DNA of 64,000 nt from the IMG/VR virus record IMGVR_UViG_3300045902_000324, positions 33,463 to 97,462 of that record, one strand, 5' to 3'. This DNA is from a virus. Positions 46,198-56,049 of this stretch are shown in pieces. Within the stretch, counting starts at the first letter, position 1, and each line of letters begins with the position of its first letter. The notes under the pieces are model-generated. The model was not told the origin of the DNA. It did not search any database and saw only the letters and a list, made by a program, of their open reading frames with translations. The translations under genes were made by a program, and so were the position numbers.

Positions 46198-47487
46198 CTA
46201 CGCAACGGGCTGAAGCCGCGTTGCTCCGCTTTTCCCTTGAGCTGTCACCCACAACTTAATGCGGGTGGGGGCAGTCAATGACCCCCTACCAACTCCGCTC
46301 AGACTAAATCCAAGCATCGTCGCTACTTTACGCAGGATGTTGGCAGCGCCATTACAATCCGCGTTGATGTACCAGTTCTGGGCAGTCCTGAACAAGCCTC
46401 GCTTCGTCCGCTTCCCCGATGACTTCCAGCTATCAGGTTTTTCACCGAATGTCGGCAAAAAGTCACCATCCACAAACGATGCTTGAGAGGTATAAGACTC
46501 CTCAGTTTCAACAAACTCTATCCCGTACTGCTCCGCCAGTTGAGCAATCCGCTCTTTTAGCCTTGCAGTTGGGATCTGCACAAACTTCTGATTGGTCTTC
46601 TTGCCCAGGTTGGAGCCGTCCTTTTGCCGCTGGTTCCAGCCAAATACAATCCGACCAATCCGGTTATCAATGCAATGGTCAATCACAATCCTAGCCGCTT
46701 TGTTCACTGCATCACGTATCTGCCGATTGCGCTTCTCAGTGAGTTGTGCAAGCCGCTTTGACCAAAAGCCTTGAGCCTTACCTTCTCTCAGTTTGGCAAT
46801 TTGCTTGTTGTACCAGCGGTTCAACGATTTGAGGTGGAGTCCATCCACAATGAAGCTGGTTCCCACGGTACTGACGCAGGTGAGCCAGTTATTTAATCCC
46901 GAATCGATGCCCAGCACCCGCATCGGGTCTACATCAGTCTGGATGGGGTTCAGTCGATAGACAAACTCAGTGTAGAAACACCCATTGCGCGGCAGAATCC
47001 GCAGTTCCTTGATGTCCTCAAATTTGAGATTGGAGGGCATGGGGACAGTGAACGAATCAATCTGAAACCATACTTTCACTAACTGCCCCAGCGGAACCCG
47101 GATCATCCCATCAATCAGCTTCAGCGCTTGTTTGGGATAGCTGACTACTGCCAACCCTCCCTTCTTGCGGTAATTTGGCATCCTGGGTTTCTCCGCCAGT
47201 TCTCCACCTCGCCACAGTTTCAACAATGCTCGGTAGGACTTAAACGACTCGTAGACCGAAATCAAGGTTTGCTGTGCAGCCTGGGAGTAAAGAGCTTGGA
47301 AGTGCTTACTGGTCTTGTATTCGTAACTCAGGCTGTGTTTGCCAATCCACTGCCCAGTCTTAAAGTGCAGTTGGCGAGCATAGTAGATGCCCTGATTGGT
47401 TAGCTTGTTTGCCTCAGAGCAGACAAAATCCATCACCCCCTTAAGTTCGTTATTGGGGTTGAGCAAAACTTGCTGACATCCAAACAT
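46198..47487 (-). CDS. tnpB: TnpB (IVFGWN/EESYTS subtype)
   Basis: GIDSGLNN, IVFGWN, EESYTS, NADCNGAANI. Confidence 0.93.
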   Translation of the reverse strand: MFGCQQVLLNPNNELKGVMDFVCSEANKLTNQGIYYARQLHFKTGQWIGKHSLSYEYKTSKHFQALYSQAAQQTLISVYESFKSYRALLKLWRGGELAEKPRMPNYRKKGGLAVVSYPKQALKLIDGMIRVPLGQLVKVWFQIDSFTVPMPSNLKFEDIKELRILPRNGCFYTEFVYRLNPIQTDVDPMRVLGIDSGLNNWLTCVSTVGTSFIVDGLHLKSLNRWYNKQIAKLREGKAQGFWSKRLAQLTEKRNRQIRDAVNKAARIVIDHCIDNRIGRIVFGWNQRQKDGSNLGKKTNQKFVQIPTARLKERIAQLAEQYGIEFVETEESYTSQASFVDGDFLPTFGEKPDSWKSSGKRTKRGLFRTAQNWYINADCNGAANILRKVATMLGFSLSGVGRGSLTAPTRIKLWVTAQGKSGATRLQPVA

Positions 47488-47544
47488 GGTGAGTTTATGC
47501 AACAATTGTCTACAGCATAGCCCAGATAGACAAACAGGTGAACT

Positions 47545-47940
47545 ATGGACTGCCAGAAAAGCCGCAGTGCAACGCATTTGCTGAACTATCACTTTGTCTG
47601 GATTCCTCGGCGACGCAGACCTGTTTTACGAGGAGAAATAGCAAATCGGTGCAGGCAGTTGATATGGGAAGCAGCAGAGGAGATTGATTGTCAAGTTGTG
47701 TCGTTGGCAATTGAGCCGGATCATGTCCACCTCTTTGTTAACTGCCCTCCAACAATTGCGCCCTATCAAATCATCCATCGAATTAAGGGGCGAACTGCAC
47801 GGTTCCTCAGACAGGAATTTCCTAATCCATTAATGAAACTGCCATCCATGTGGACATCCAGTTACTTTGTCTCAACGGCTGGCAATGTTAGCAGTGAAAC
47901 AATTCAGCGCTACATTGAAGCTCAGGGCAAGAGTAATTGA
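47545..47940 (+). CDS. tnpA: Y1 HUH transposase
   Basis: YHFVWIPRRR, PDHVHLF, WTSSYFVSTAG, YIEAQ. Confidence 0.95.
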   Translation: MDCQKSRSATHLLNYHFVWIPRRRRPVLRGEIANRCRQLIWEAAEEIDCQVVSLAIEPDHVHLFVNCPPTIAPYQIIHRIKGRTARFLRQEFPNPLMKLPSMWTSSYFVSTAGNVSSETIQRYIEAQGKSN

Positions 47941-48309
47941 CCTTAGTAGGGGCTAAAGCCCCCTGAGTTGGCTGTATCCCCTCGCTGAAGCGGAGGGGTT
48001 TTAGCCTGCCCACATCACTCCTATAACTGTATCGTAGTCCTTTACACTTCTATGTGTCAATTAATTAGATGCTGCGATAGACAAGGCTTTGAGCCATTTG
48101 TGGGAGAAGTGTCAGTCAGTAAGTGTCACATATTGAACAGCGGTATAGACGAGAATACGCCTACTTTTCAGCAGGCGTATCCATTGCGTACAGCCATCAA
48201 CCGAGTTCGTCCGCCACCGCCTGATTCCACGCGAACGGGATTTCCAGCCAGATGCCGCCTTCTACCTTGTTAGTAAATGAGGACACAGAAAACACATGCT
48301 TATATTGAT

Positions 48310-48627
48310 TCAGGATACCCGCTGACTTTTTCGTCCTTGGCACGTACATGTCTGAATCAGTTCCTTGCGTGGCGCATGGCACCCAGCCTCTCGCATCTGC
48401 CTGTGGATAGTCGATGTGTCATACCACCATTCTTTGTCATCCAAAAGCCGAACCGAGTTGACCGACACCGTGACGTTTTTGTTCCACACTGCAAGCGTCA
48501 CTTTTACTGATCCTGTGTTTGAAATCTGCGTGACAATCCCTACAGAAATCCCACACTCCGCCTCCAGGGATGCTCGTTTTCTGCCAATGATCTGAACTCG
48601 ACTACTAACTGTTATTTCACCTAGCAT
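48310..48627 (-). CDS. Hypothetical protein
   Basis: GAGGAG RBS; promoter-like TTGACA upstream. Confidence 0.6.
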   Translation of the reverse strand: MLGEITVSSRVQIIGRKRASLEAECGISVGIVTQISNTGSVKVTLAVWNKNVTVSVNSVRLLDDKEWWYDTSTIHRQMREAGCHAPRKELIQTCTCQGRKSQRVS

Positions 48628-48701
48628 ATTGCTCCTCGTATCGGTTTGTGTGTGAGTGGATTTGTCAAGATACTGCGAGAAAAATTAAAGTCTACCTGGG
48701 G

Positions 48702-49010
48702 TCATATTTGCCCAACTTCCTCTTGTGCCGTGGATTCTGTTTTCCACTTAGATACGATCGCCAGAACTTCGTCCAGCACGGACTGGTTGCGGATATTGGA
48801 TAGCTCCAGCAGCGCCATCAGTGCTGTGCGTTTTATAGCGGCTACCTCAGCCTCGCTAGGTTGCGATACGCGCTCTACCTCTGAGTAGGTCAAGTCGGCA
48901 GCTCTGAGCCGGGCTGCTTCTGCTGCGTCTCGCTCTGTCGGAAACACAGCGTACCCCTCGTGATGGATTCCGGCGCTTGCAACGCCCCACGTTAGTTTGA
49001 ACTTCGGCAT
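48702..49010 (-). CDS. Hypothetical protein
   Basis: In operon downstream of dnaN. Confidence 0.6.
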   Translation of the reverse strand: MPKFKLTWGVASAGIHHEGYAVFPTERDAAEAARLRAADLTYSEVERVSQPSEAEVAAIKRTALMALLELSNIRNQSVLDEVLAIVSKWKTESTAQEEVGQI

Positions 49011-49014
49011 GGGT

Positions 49015-49212
49015 TTAACCTCGCATAAACACTTTGATGACTTCGTAAGCTATCGCAACGCAGGATTGTTCTTGCGGGTGCTGTGACTGATGCATGTACA
49101 TTTCAGGAGCATCGTCCGGTACGACATAGCCCGAAGCCATGTAAATCAGCCGCGCTACTTTTTCCGCCACGCGACGCTTTTCAAAAATTCCAGTGAATTT
49201 GCCTCTTTGCAT
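49015..49212 (-). CDS. Hypothetical protein
   Basis: In operon downstream of dnaN. Confidence 0.6.
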   Translation of the reverse strand: MQRGKFTGIFEKRRVAEKVARLIYMASGYVVPDDAPEMYMHQSQHPQEQSCVAIAYEVIKVFMRG

Positions 49213-49215
49213 TGA

Positions 49216-50352
49216 TCACTTCCTAATCTGCACAGGCATCACGATCGCAACGTTTTTCGTGTTCTCACCCCGAATGACGAACGGGGCTGTTCTCGTGTTT
49301 CCACAAATGTAAACTGTGTTGTCAGAGGAGAACGATTTAACAGCCTCCATCATGTAAACCAGATTCATTGCGAACTCCAGGTCGCTACTAGCGCAATCGG
49401 CTGCTACAACCTCCTGTCCGCTTCCCACATCAGCTACGTCCGCCGTGGCAATTACTGACTGGCTGGCGCTATCAACCTTCAAAGTAACAATGTTGTTATT
49501 TTTCTCGACTACCACAGCAATTCGGGACAAGGCATTAACCAGTTCCTTTCTGCCAACGGTAATCTTGTGGTCGAACTTGACTGGGATCAACTGACGGTAG
49601 TTCGGGTATTGCCCTTCAAGCAGTCGCGTATACACATCGAAGGTATTCATCGAAATCCAGAGTCCTGATTCAGTCAACTGAATCTTGCAATCGTCAGTGC
49701 CCGTGCCTTCCAGCGCAATACATTTCAACAACAACCTGACGGAACCGGCCGGGATCGTGAACTCGACGTTATCTCTAGCAATGTTGTTATCGAACTCCAC
49801 CGCCCACACGGTTAGTCGGTGCCCATCGGTGGCAACAAATTCGATGTCGCCAAGACCGGACTCATCTGTGGGCTTTATCGTAACGTGAATGCCAGTGAGC
49901 ACCTGCTTGGTGTTATCTCTCGATGTGCAGTAGACCGTTTTCTCAAAGCCGCTCCGCAGCAGATCAGCGGGGATATGGGCTGTCAGTGCGGCATCCTCAC
50001 TGACAGCGGGAATCTCCGGGAACTCTTCTGCTGGCATACCTTGAATCGAGTAGCTACTGCTGCCAGATGCGATCGTCGCCGCCAACTTGTTAGTGGTCAA
50101 ACCAATAGAACTGAGTCTGTTAGAAATGTCCCCCAGCAACTTAGCGGGTAGCGTGAGTGAGCCAGCTTCTTCTACCGAGGCAGGAACTTTGGCTCGGATA
50201 CCCTTAGACAAGTCGAATGCTGTGACGTAGATGGACTGGTCGGCGGTTGCCTCAATCAGTACGTTTCCCAAAATCGAGTGATTTGTATTGTTTGGAATAC
50301 AACCTGAAACCGTGGACAAGACATCAGATAAAGAGTCAATCGAAATTTTCAT
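49216..50352 (-). CDS. dnaN: DNA polymerase III beta sliding clamp
   Basis: ILGNVLIEA, LPAKLLGDI, EEFPEIP, VATDGHRL, RLLEGQYPNYRQLIP, VMPVQIR. Confidence 0.95.
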   Translation of the reverse strand: MKISIDSLSDVLSTVSGCIPNNTNHSILGNVLIEATADQSIYVTAFDLSKGIRAKVPASVEEAGSLTLPAKLLGDISNRLSSIGLTTNKLAATIASGSSSYSIQGMPAEEFPEIPAVSEDAALTAHIPADLLRSGFEKTVYCTSRDNTKQVLTGIHVTIKPTDESGLGDIEFVATDGHRLTVWAVEFDNNIARDNVEFTIPAGSVRLLLKCIALEGTGTDDCKIQLTESGLWISMNTFDVYTRLLEGQYPNYRQLIPVKFDHKITVGRKELVNALSRIAVVVEKNNNIVTLKVDSASQSVIATADVADVGSGQEVVAADCASSDLEFAMNLVYMMEAVKSFSSDNTVYICGNTRTAPFVIRGENTKNVAIVMPVQIRK

Positions 50353-50414
50353 GTGGAAAAGTAGTTTGGTGTTCTCTTATATCGTAACTCTTGCCATCTC
50401 TGCCAGTCAAGTTA

Positions 50415-51404
50415 TTAGAGTTCATCGTCAGCCAGGAAGCTCACATAGTCTGCAAACAACAATCGAAGCGCCTTCTCTTCGATCTGCCGGACTCTCTCTC
50501 GACTCATTCCCCAATCAGCCGCGATGTCGGCTTGCGTTTGCTCTAGAAAGAACCTGCGTTTCAGTACCTCACGCGCGTCTTTCTGCTCAAGCGTGTCGAT
50601 ACGCTGTTCCACATCTTCTGGGTCTTCGTGAATCTGGGCATCCAGGATAAATCTCATTTTCTGGACGACCCGGTTTCCTGGGCCTGCGTTTCGTCCGGCT
50701 AGTCCCAGCACTTTCCATGTCGGGAGCTTCGCCTTACTGAGTATGTCGTCTACTTCCAGTCCTTCGACTTGTAATCGACGGACAATAATATGGGGCGGCA
50801 CGCCGATTTCTGACGCCCACTCTGCGATCGTCTTCGTCACGCCATCTTTGGTCAAGGCGACGCCATACTTGCTGTGGGCAGCATCGAGCGATTGCTGGTG
50901 CTCGATCTCCACCTGCTGGAGCAGCCGAGCGACTTGGGCGGCAGACATGTCTGACGTAACTCTGTTGAGCGCTTTGCGGCGTACAGTTCTGCTGCGCGAG
51001 TAGGCAAGTCGCTTCTGACGACGGACTTCTAGCTCATCTTCACTGAGTTCTTTTTTACTTCTCTTCCTGTGTCCTTCATAGCGCAAGTCTGCGTCCTTCC
51101 GCGCATCGGCTTGAACGAAGTACAGGTAGCATGTGCCACACATGCTACTCGTTGTCACTTTGCGATCGCACGATTGCGGGAAACCCTCAAGTGCCCGGTC
51201 AAACATCCGCTCTCGATCCTCTTCCTTAAACCGCCGAATAAACGGCTGCTCCAGCACGTCCTTTCTGACGACCGGATCGTTCTTATCAAGACCTCCCTCT
51301 ACCAGGGTTTCAATCCGCTCTACCATCAATCGAATACGTGGGCAATCTGGAACCAGATCACCCGGACGAGCCTTAGTTACATCAATGTTGTGCGCTCTCG
51401 GCAT
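50415..51404 (-). CDS. DNA-binding protein with C-terminal sigma70 region-4 HTH
   Basis: TQADIAADWGMSRERVRQIEEKALRLL; GVTKTIAEWASEIG motif; no region 2 visible. Confidence 0.7.
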   Translation of the reverse strand: MPRAHNIDVTKARPGDLVPDCPRIRLMVERIETLVEGGLDKNDPVVRKDVLEQPFIRRFKEEDRERMFDRALEGFPQSCDRKVTTSSMCGTCYLYFVQADARKDADLRYEGHRKRSKKELSEDELEVRRQKRLAYSRSRTVRRKALNRVTSDMSAAQVARLLQQVEIEHQQSLDAAHSKYGVALTKDGVTKTIAEWASEIGVPPHIIVRRLQVEGLEVDDILSKAKLPTWKVLGLAGRNAGPGNRVVQKMRFILDAQIHEDPEDVEQRIDTLEQKDAREVLKRRFFLEQTQADIAADWGMSRERVRQIEEKALRLLFADYVSFLADDEL

Positions 51405-51470
51405 AGATATCCAAAAAATAAATGGGCAACGCTTTGTAGCTATTGCACAATCGTATTGCACTATAGTGAG

Positions 51471-51836
51471 CTAGTCAACTACGGGAACATCAGTCGGCTC
51501 CATCTCATAGCCCAAAGCCAGTGCCACATGTCGGGAACGCTCATCAGCCACACCTAGCGCTAGATCTAGATCAAACGGCGTATTCAAGCTGCGCTGAGCG
51601 ATCGCCTCCTCTGCCATACCCGATAGAAATGATAGCTTTATTGAGATGTCATCCAGATCTTGCATCATGACTCTAATTTCTTCTACAGATGCCGTCTGCG
51701 CCAGATCTATGAATGGGCGTAGCGCACCACTCTCACTAATCAACTCGTCCCGCGACTTTGTATCTAGATCTTCTAGATATCGCTGAATCATATTCTCCGT
51801 ATCAAAATGCTGCATACATGTCCCGATATTGTTCAA
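51471..51836 (-). CDS. Hypothetical protein
   Basis: Part of a run of small ORFs behind promoter 53139. Confidence 0.55.
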   Translation of the reverse strand: MNNIGTCMQHFDTENMIQRYLEDLDTKSRDELISESGALRPFIDLAQTASVEEIRVMMQDLDDISIKLSFLSGMAEEAIAQRSLNTPFDLDLALGVADERSRHVALALGYEMEPTDVPVVD

Positions 51837-51987
51837 CGATCTGATTTGCTTCGTGTTCGTCTCTGACGTGGTGCTGCGTCTTCCATGTCGGTTCGGCGGC
51901 TGGGCCTTCCCACAATGCGACTCGCCAGAACCCAGCCCATTTTCCGACGTTTACCATCTCTACCTTCACATTTACTTTTACAATCAT
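51802..51987 (-). CDS. Hypothetical protein
   Basis: Small ORF with GAGG RBS. Confidence 0.5.
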   Translation of the reverse strand: MIVKVNVKVEMVNVGKWAGFWRVALWEGPAAEPTWKTQHHVRDEHEANQIVEQYRDMYAAF

Positions 51988-52003
51988 GGTACACGCCTCA
52001 CAT

Positions 52004-52213
52004 TTAGAATCGGGTCTGACTATTGGTTTTTACAGCGCCCTGAGTCTTTGGCTTTAGAACCGTGTCGAATTGCTGTTGGCTACCGAAAAATTGAATATGC
52101 ACCATCTCTCCCTTTGTGATCATATGCGTAGCAGCGACTTCGCTTAGACGCTCAAACAATGTCTCTATGGAAGCTAGATTTTCTGGTCTGGCAAAGTTTA
52201 GTTGGATCATCAT
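52004..52213 (-). CDS. Hypothetical protein
   Basis: ATGA coupling with upstream ORF. Confidence 0.5.
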   Translation of the reverse strand: MMIQLNFARPENLASIETLFERLSEVAATHMITKGEMVHIQFFGSQQQFDTVLKPKTQGAVKTNSQTRF

Positions 52214-52440
52214 GCTAGATGGTATGTGGACGGTTCGCTACCTGCCCCTTTTTCGGGGGCGTCCTTGATAGCCGTGAACTCAACAGACAGCAGTTCTGTT
52301 CTGTAATTGGCGTACGCAGTTTTAATGCTCTTGGTGGCGCGGACAATTGCCTGCTCTCGATTGGATGTATCCAGACATAGAACCCGGTCTATGAATGAAA
52401 CGCCTGGGCCACGAACGTAGAAACGGATAATGTAGTTCAT
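52210..52440 (-). CDS. Hypothetical protein
   Basis: ATGA coupling with downstream ORF. Confidence 0.5.
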   Translation of the reverse strand: MNYIIRFYVRGPGVSFIDRVLCLDTSNREQAIVRATKSIKTAYANYRTELLSVEFTAIKDAPEKGAGSEPSTYHLA

Positions 52441-52497
52441 GCGAATTACCGTACTGTGAGTGTGTCAACAGGAAGGGCGATCGCACCGCCCACAAAC

Positions 52498-53109
52498 CTA
52501 AGCAAGCACCGTGAACCGAGACAACAATTCTTCTACTTGCTGCTGCTTAGCGGGTGCCAGTAGTTCTCGAACTTTGTGGAAAACATACTCACCGGGTCTA
52601 TCCGACCAACATGTGTCTCGATAAGCTGCGTACTCTACCCGCAACCAGTAGGAATCGCCGGACGTTTCCAGACGGAGGCGGCTAAACCTGCAAGCCCGCT
52701 TCAGGATGGCAAGTTCTACCTCACAAAGCTCTACTCCAATAACGCAGCGCATCGTGTCGTCTGATTCCCACTGTCCGTACCATCCGCTCCACAGTGATCC
52801 TGATTGCAGAGTCATGGTTGGCAACCAATCCAATACTGCCAATCCTCGGCTTGCGTCGTCGTAGAATGCATCGATCTGCTTAATCACTTCCGCACTCTCT
52901 GTCATTCTGTGCTGGTGGTCTGCCAGATGCGCGTCATACCGAGCCTGGATTGCTTCGAGGTCTAGCAAAAGGTCGGTATCGTCAGGGTTTAACTGAAATC
53001 GAGCCGATAGTTCCTTTGCGTCTCGCTTGTCGTTCTCGATAGATTTGTCAGCAGCAGCTAATGCTTGCTTGCAGTTGAAATACCGGGTTCTGAGTTCTGA
53101 GAGTTGCAT
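52498..53109 (-). CDS. Hypothetical protein (coiled-coil N-terminus)
   Basis: Directly behind promoter 53139-53167. Confidence 0.65.
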   Translation of the reverse strand: MQLSELRTRYFNCKQALAAADKSIENDKRDAKELSARFQLNPDDTDLLLDLEAIQARYDAHLADHQHRMTESAEVIKQIDAFYDDASRGLAVLDWLPTMTLQSGSLWSGWYGQWESDDTMRCVIGVELCEVELAILKRACRFSRLRLETSGDSYWLRVEYAAYRDTCWSDRPGEYVFHKVRELLAPAKQQQVEELLSRFTVLA

Positions 53110-53200
53110 AGTGGTAAGTAGGTGGTTCGATACCCAATATCGTAACTCTGTACATATTTTATGTCAATTGATTGGATCTGGGCACTATCCTCTTTTACCG

Positions 53201-53872
53201 ATGATCCAAGTCTTACCTGCCCAGCAAATATCCCCGTACCGTTTACAGCGGTATAGCGGCAACTCAAAAATCCACACGCCTAAGCAGATTGACCATATCT
53301 GTGGACTCATTACGGAGTTTGGGTTTACTGAACCGATTCATGTAAACGAGAATTACGAAATACTGGCCGGGCACGGTCGGCACATGGCAGCGCTTCAGCT
53401 CAAAATGGCGCTCGTCCCAATCATTCAGATCACGGGGCTAACCGAAAGCCAGCAGCAGACGTACCGTATCGCCCACAATCAGAGTCAACTCAGTACTGGC
53501 TTTGATTCGGACATACTAAAGTCCGAGGTACAAAGTCTGTGCTTCAAAGATTACGGCGTGGGGCTGCTTGGTCTGAGCGATCGCCAGCTCAAAGACTTAA
53601 AAATAACGGTGCCGGAACTACCGGATCTAGACAACCTGTCACTTGAGCCACTGCCCAAGGCACCAGTTGGAGGCAGAGTGTCGTCATCCAGGGTGTCGGC
53701 CCCATCCGCTTCGACCGCTCAGCCTGTTGTGGAGAGAACAGAGAGAATTATCCCCACTGCGGCGGCTATTGTGCCAGAAGCGAGGGAGTACATAGTCATG
53801 CGACTCAAATCCCACGACTGGGATAACGAAACGACAGCAGTCCTTCAGCAAATTGTCTCGCTTCTAGGCTAG
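53201..53872 (+). CDS. ParB N-terminal (ParB/Srx) domain protein
   Basis: NSKIH..QI..FGFTEPI..ILAGHGR..YRIAHN. Confidence 0.85.
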   Translation: MIQVLPAQQISPYRLQRYSGNSKIHTPKQIDHICGLITEFGFTEPIHVNENYEILAGHGRHMAALQLKMALVPIIQITGLTESQQQTYRIAHNQSQLSTGFDSDILKSEVQSLCFKDYGVGLLGLSDRQLKDLKITVPELPDLDNLSLEPLPKAPVGGRVSSSRVSAPSASTAQPVVERTERIIPTAAAIVPEAREYIVMRLKSHDWDNETTAVLQQIVSLLG

Positions 53873-54454
53873 ACATCCGTCAAGCGACTGCCGCAAATTC
53901 GCATGTATATCTTTCAATCGACGCGATACTGTGACCGGGCTACATCCCATATGGGTAGCAACCTGTTTGTATGTCCACCCCTGAAAATAAATCAGTTCTA
54001 CAATCTGCCGATCCCGTTCAGGCAACTCACCTACCGCTATTTCTACCGATCGGTGTGAATCCTGTATTTCCCTGTCTGGGAAGTCGATTGATCCGGACAG
54101 GGTATCGGTCGAATAGACAACTGTCCTCGCACCTTCACGGGGCGATCGCATTACGTCCATTCCGTCTCTGATAAAGTGGCGGATCTCCCCAGACAAGTGT
54201 TTATATACATAACTGGCAAACGGACACCCGTTATCGGGATCGAACACATCAATCAGGTCAAGCAACTTTAGAGATGCAATCTGATAGAAGTCGCCGTATC
54301 CGTACAAATTAGTCCGCTGTCCAACGCAGCACTGGGATGCAATTCTCTTAACCAGAGGGCTGTTTACCCAGGCAATCTCATTTCGGATATTCAGGTCTGA
54401 CCTTGTTGGCAAATAGGCACGAAACAATTCACGGTTCTTACGGGCGTAGTCCAT
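53864..54454 (-). CDS. Alternative sigma factor, SigF/SigB-like
   Basis: RNEIAWVNSPLVKRIA, DFYQIA..FDPDNGCPFASY..GEIRHFIRD; region 4 LPERDRQIV..VSRRL. Confidence 0.88.
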   Translation of the reverse strand: MDYARKNRELFRAYLPTRSDLNIRNEIAWVNSPLVKRIASQCCVGQRTNLYGYGDFYQIASLKLLDLIDVFDPDNGCPFASYVYKHLSGEIRHFIRDGMDVMRSPREGARTVVYSTDTLSGSIDFPDREIQDSHRSVEIAVGELPERDRQIVELIYFQGWTYKQVATHMGCSPVTVSRRLKDIHANLRQSLDGCLA

Positions 54455-54464
54455 TGGATGACCC

Positions 54465-54496
54465 AAAAAAGGAGTGTCCCGGACGCGGGACACTCC
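54465..54496 (-). terminator. Rho-independent terminator directly upstream of the sigma gene
   Basis: 10-bp stem GGAGTGTCCC/GGGACACTCC followed by T6 on the minus strand. Confidence 0.75.
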
Positions 54497-54518
54497 CATT
54501 TTGTCATAAGCGTAAACC

Positions 54519-54707
54519 TTAGTAGACCTGACCTTGACGAGTCATATCCCACTTCCCAATCACGCTCTCTAGCGTAACTCGAAGCATTTCAGCATCTCCT
54601 GTCTCTGCGCCTAACGCAGCAGCAACATCATTCACTAGGTTCTTCACTGAATCTTTAACTACGGCAGCCTGGGCCGCGTTTCGCCCTCCGCCTCTATTGC
54701 GTGCCAT
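54519..54707 (-). CDS. Small hypothetical protein, Arg/Gly-rich N-terminus
   Basis: GGAGG RBS, own promoter 54742-54770, own terminator. Confidence 0.75.
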   Translation of the reverse strand: MARNRGGGRNAAQAAVVKDSVKNLVNDVAAALGAETGDAEMLRVTLESVIGKWDMTRQGQVY

Positions 54708-54785
54708 TTATCCTCCAGATTGTGTTAGCCTTAAGTCTAACATCGTAAACCTGTTGCTTTGAAACGTCAACCTGCCAAAGTGATC

Positions 54786-55433
54786 ATGATCACTCAGCCC
54801 ACATATCTGCCGTGGCTGGGGTACTACAGCCGGGTGGCGCGGGCTGACCACCTAATCTACTTAGACGATGTGCAGTGGCGACCACGTTACTTCCAGCATC
54901 GAAACAAGATCAAAACGAAAGACGGAGAGCGCTGGCTGACCCTGCCTGTCGAGAAGCATCAGAGCAGGGCAATGCTCTGCGACGTGCAATTGGCTGATGC
55001 AGACTGGCAATCCGAACATCTGCGGCTCATCCATGATGCGTATCGGAGCAGTCCGTACTTGGATGAACTACCAACGCTTCCACAGCAGAGAAACTTGTGC
55101 GATCTGAACATAGAACTCGACACCTATCTGCTATGTCTATTCGGACTTGACATTCCACGCACGCTGTCTAGCAAAATGAGCACGCATGATGCAAACCCGT
55201 CGGCAAGGCTGGCGGCGCTCACTAAATGCGTAGGCGGCACCCACTACATCGCTGGCGTGGGCAGCAGAGATTACCTGGACGAGTTCGAGTTCACTCGCCG
55301 CGACATAACAGTGATCTGGGACGACTGGAAGCATCCGGTCTATCCACAGATGCATGGTGACTTTATCTCCGGGCTATCCGCAATCGACCTACTTCTTAAT
55401 TGCAATGAATCAGAACGAGCATCATACATTTAA
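54786..55433 (+). CDS. WbqC-like protein
   Basis: QPTYLPWLGYY..DDVQ..RNKI..LTLPV..YPQ..GLSAIDLLLN. Confidence 0.9.
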   Translation: MITQPTYLPWLGYYSRVARADHLIYLDDVQWRPRYFQHRNKIKTKDGERWLTLPVEKHQSRAMLCDVQLADADWQSEHLRLIHDAYRSSPYLDELPTLPQQRNLCDLNIELDTYLLCLFGLDIPRTLSSKMSTHDANPSARLAALTKCVGGTHYIAGVGSRDYLDEFEFTRRDITVIWDDWKHPVYPQMHGDFISGLSAIDLLLNCNESERASYI

Positions 55434-56049
55434 GCGAGTGCTGGCGGTGGTCGCCCACGGGGATGACGAGGTGATCGGCTGCGGCGGCACCCTGGCCACG
55501 CTGAGCGATCGCGGGTCTTCTGTAATCGCAGTGATCTGCACGGGGCGTGGTCTGGACGAGGAGACGGATGCAGCAGCCACCCGTCTTGGTATTGAGAGCA
55601 TGATTCTGCCAATCACAGTAGACATGAACCTGTACGGCTATGGTGTAGCACGACTGGCGGACACCATTCTGGAGCACATCAGAAGGATTCGCCCATCCTT
55701 GATCATCACGCATTCAAGACATGACGTTAACCAAGACCACCGGGCTGTACATGACGCGGTGCTGGTGGCTGCGCGACCGCCTACTACAGATGCCCAACTG
55801 TGGGCATTCCGTGGCGAGGGATCTGACTGGGGCTGCGGGTCGTTTGGCACGTTCACTCCAACTATCTTTTTCGACATATCCAACGTGCTATACCGCAAAA
55901 CACATGCTCTGTCCGCCTATGAGAGCCAGCTCAAGTCAGCCCCACACCCACGAGCGATCGATAACGTTCGGACGCAGGCTAGATACTGGGGGTCGATAGC
56001 GGGCGTTTCTGCCGCAGAACCATTCGAGCTATTGAGAGCAATCCATTGA
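55405..56049 (+). CDS. PIG-L/LmbE-family deacetylase
   Basis: VAHGDDEVIGCGGTL, TH..DVNQDH, AYESQ..HPR..AEPF. Confidence 0.9.
   Translation: MNQNEHHTFKRVLAVVAHGDDEVIGCGGTLATLSDRGSSVIAVICTGRGLDEETDAAATRLGIESMILPITVDMNLYGYGVARLADTILEHIRRIRPSLIITHSRHDVNQDHRAVHDAVLVAARPPTTDAQLWAFRGEGSDWGCGSFGTFTPTIFFDISNVLYRKTHALSAYESQLKSAPHPRAIDNVRTQARYWGSIAGVSAAEPFELLRAIH

Larger units (their letters stand above)
46154..48022 (-). mobile_element. IS200/IS605-family element 2 (divergent tnpA/tnpB)
   Basis: Right-end hairpin TCCCCTC..GAGGGGA ending TCAA (minus strand); left-end hairpins at 47947-48000 preceded by TTAT on the minus strand. Confidence 0.88.
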
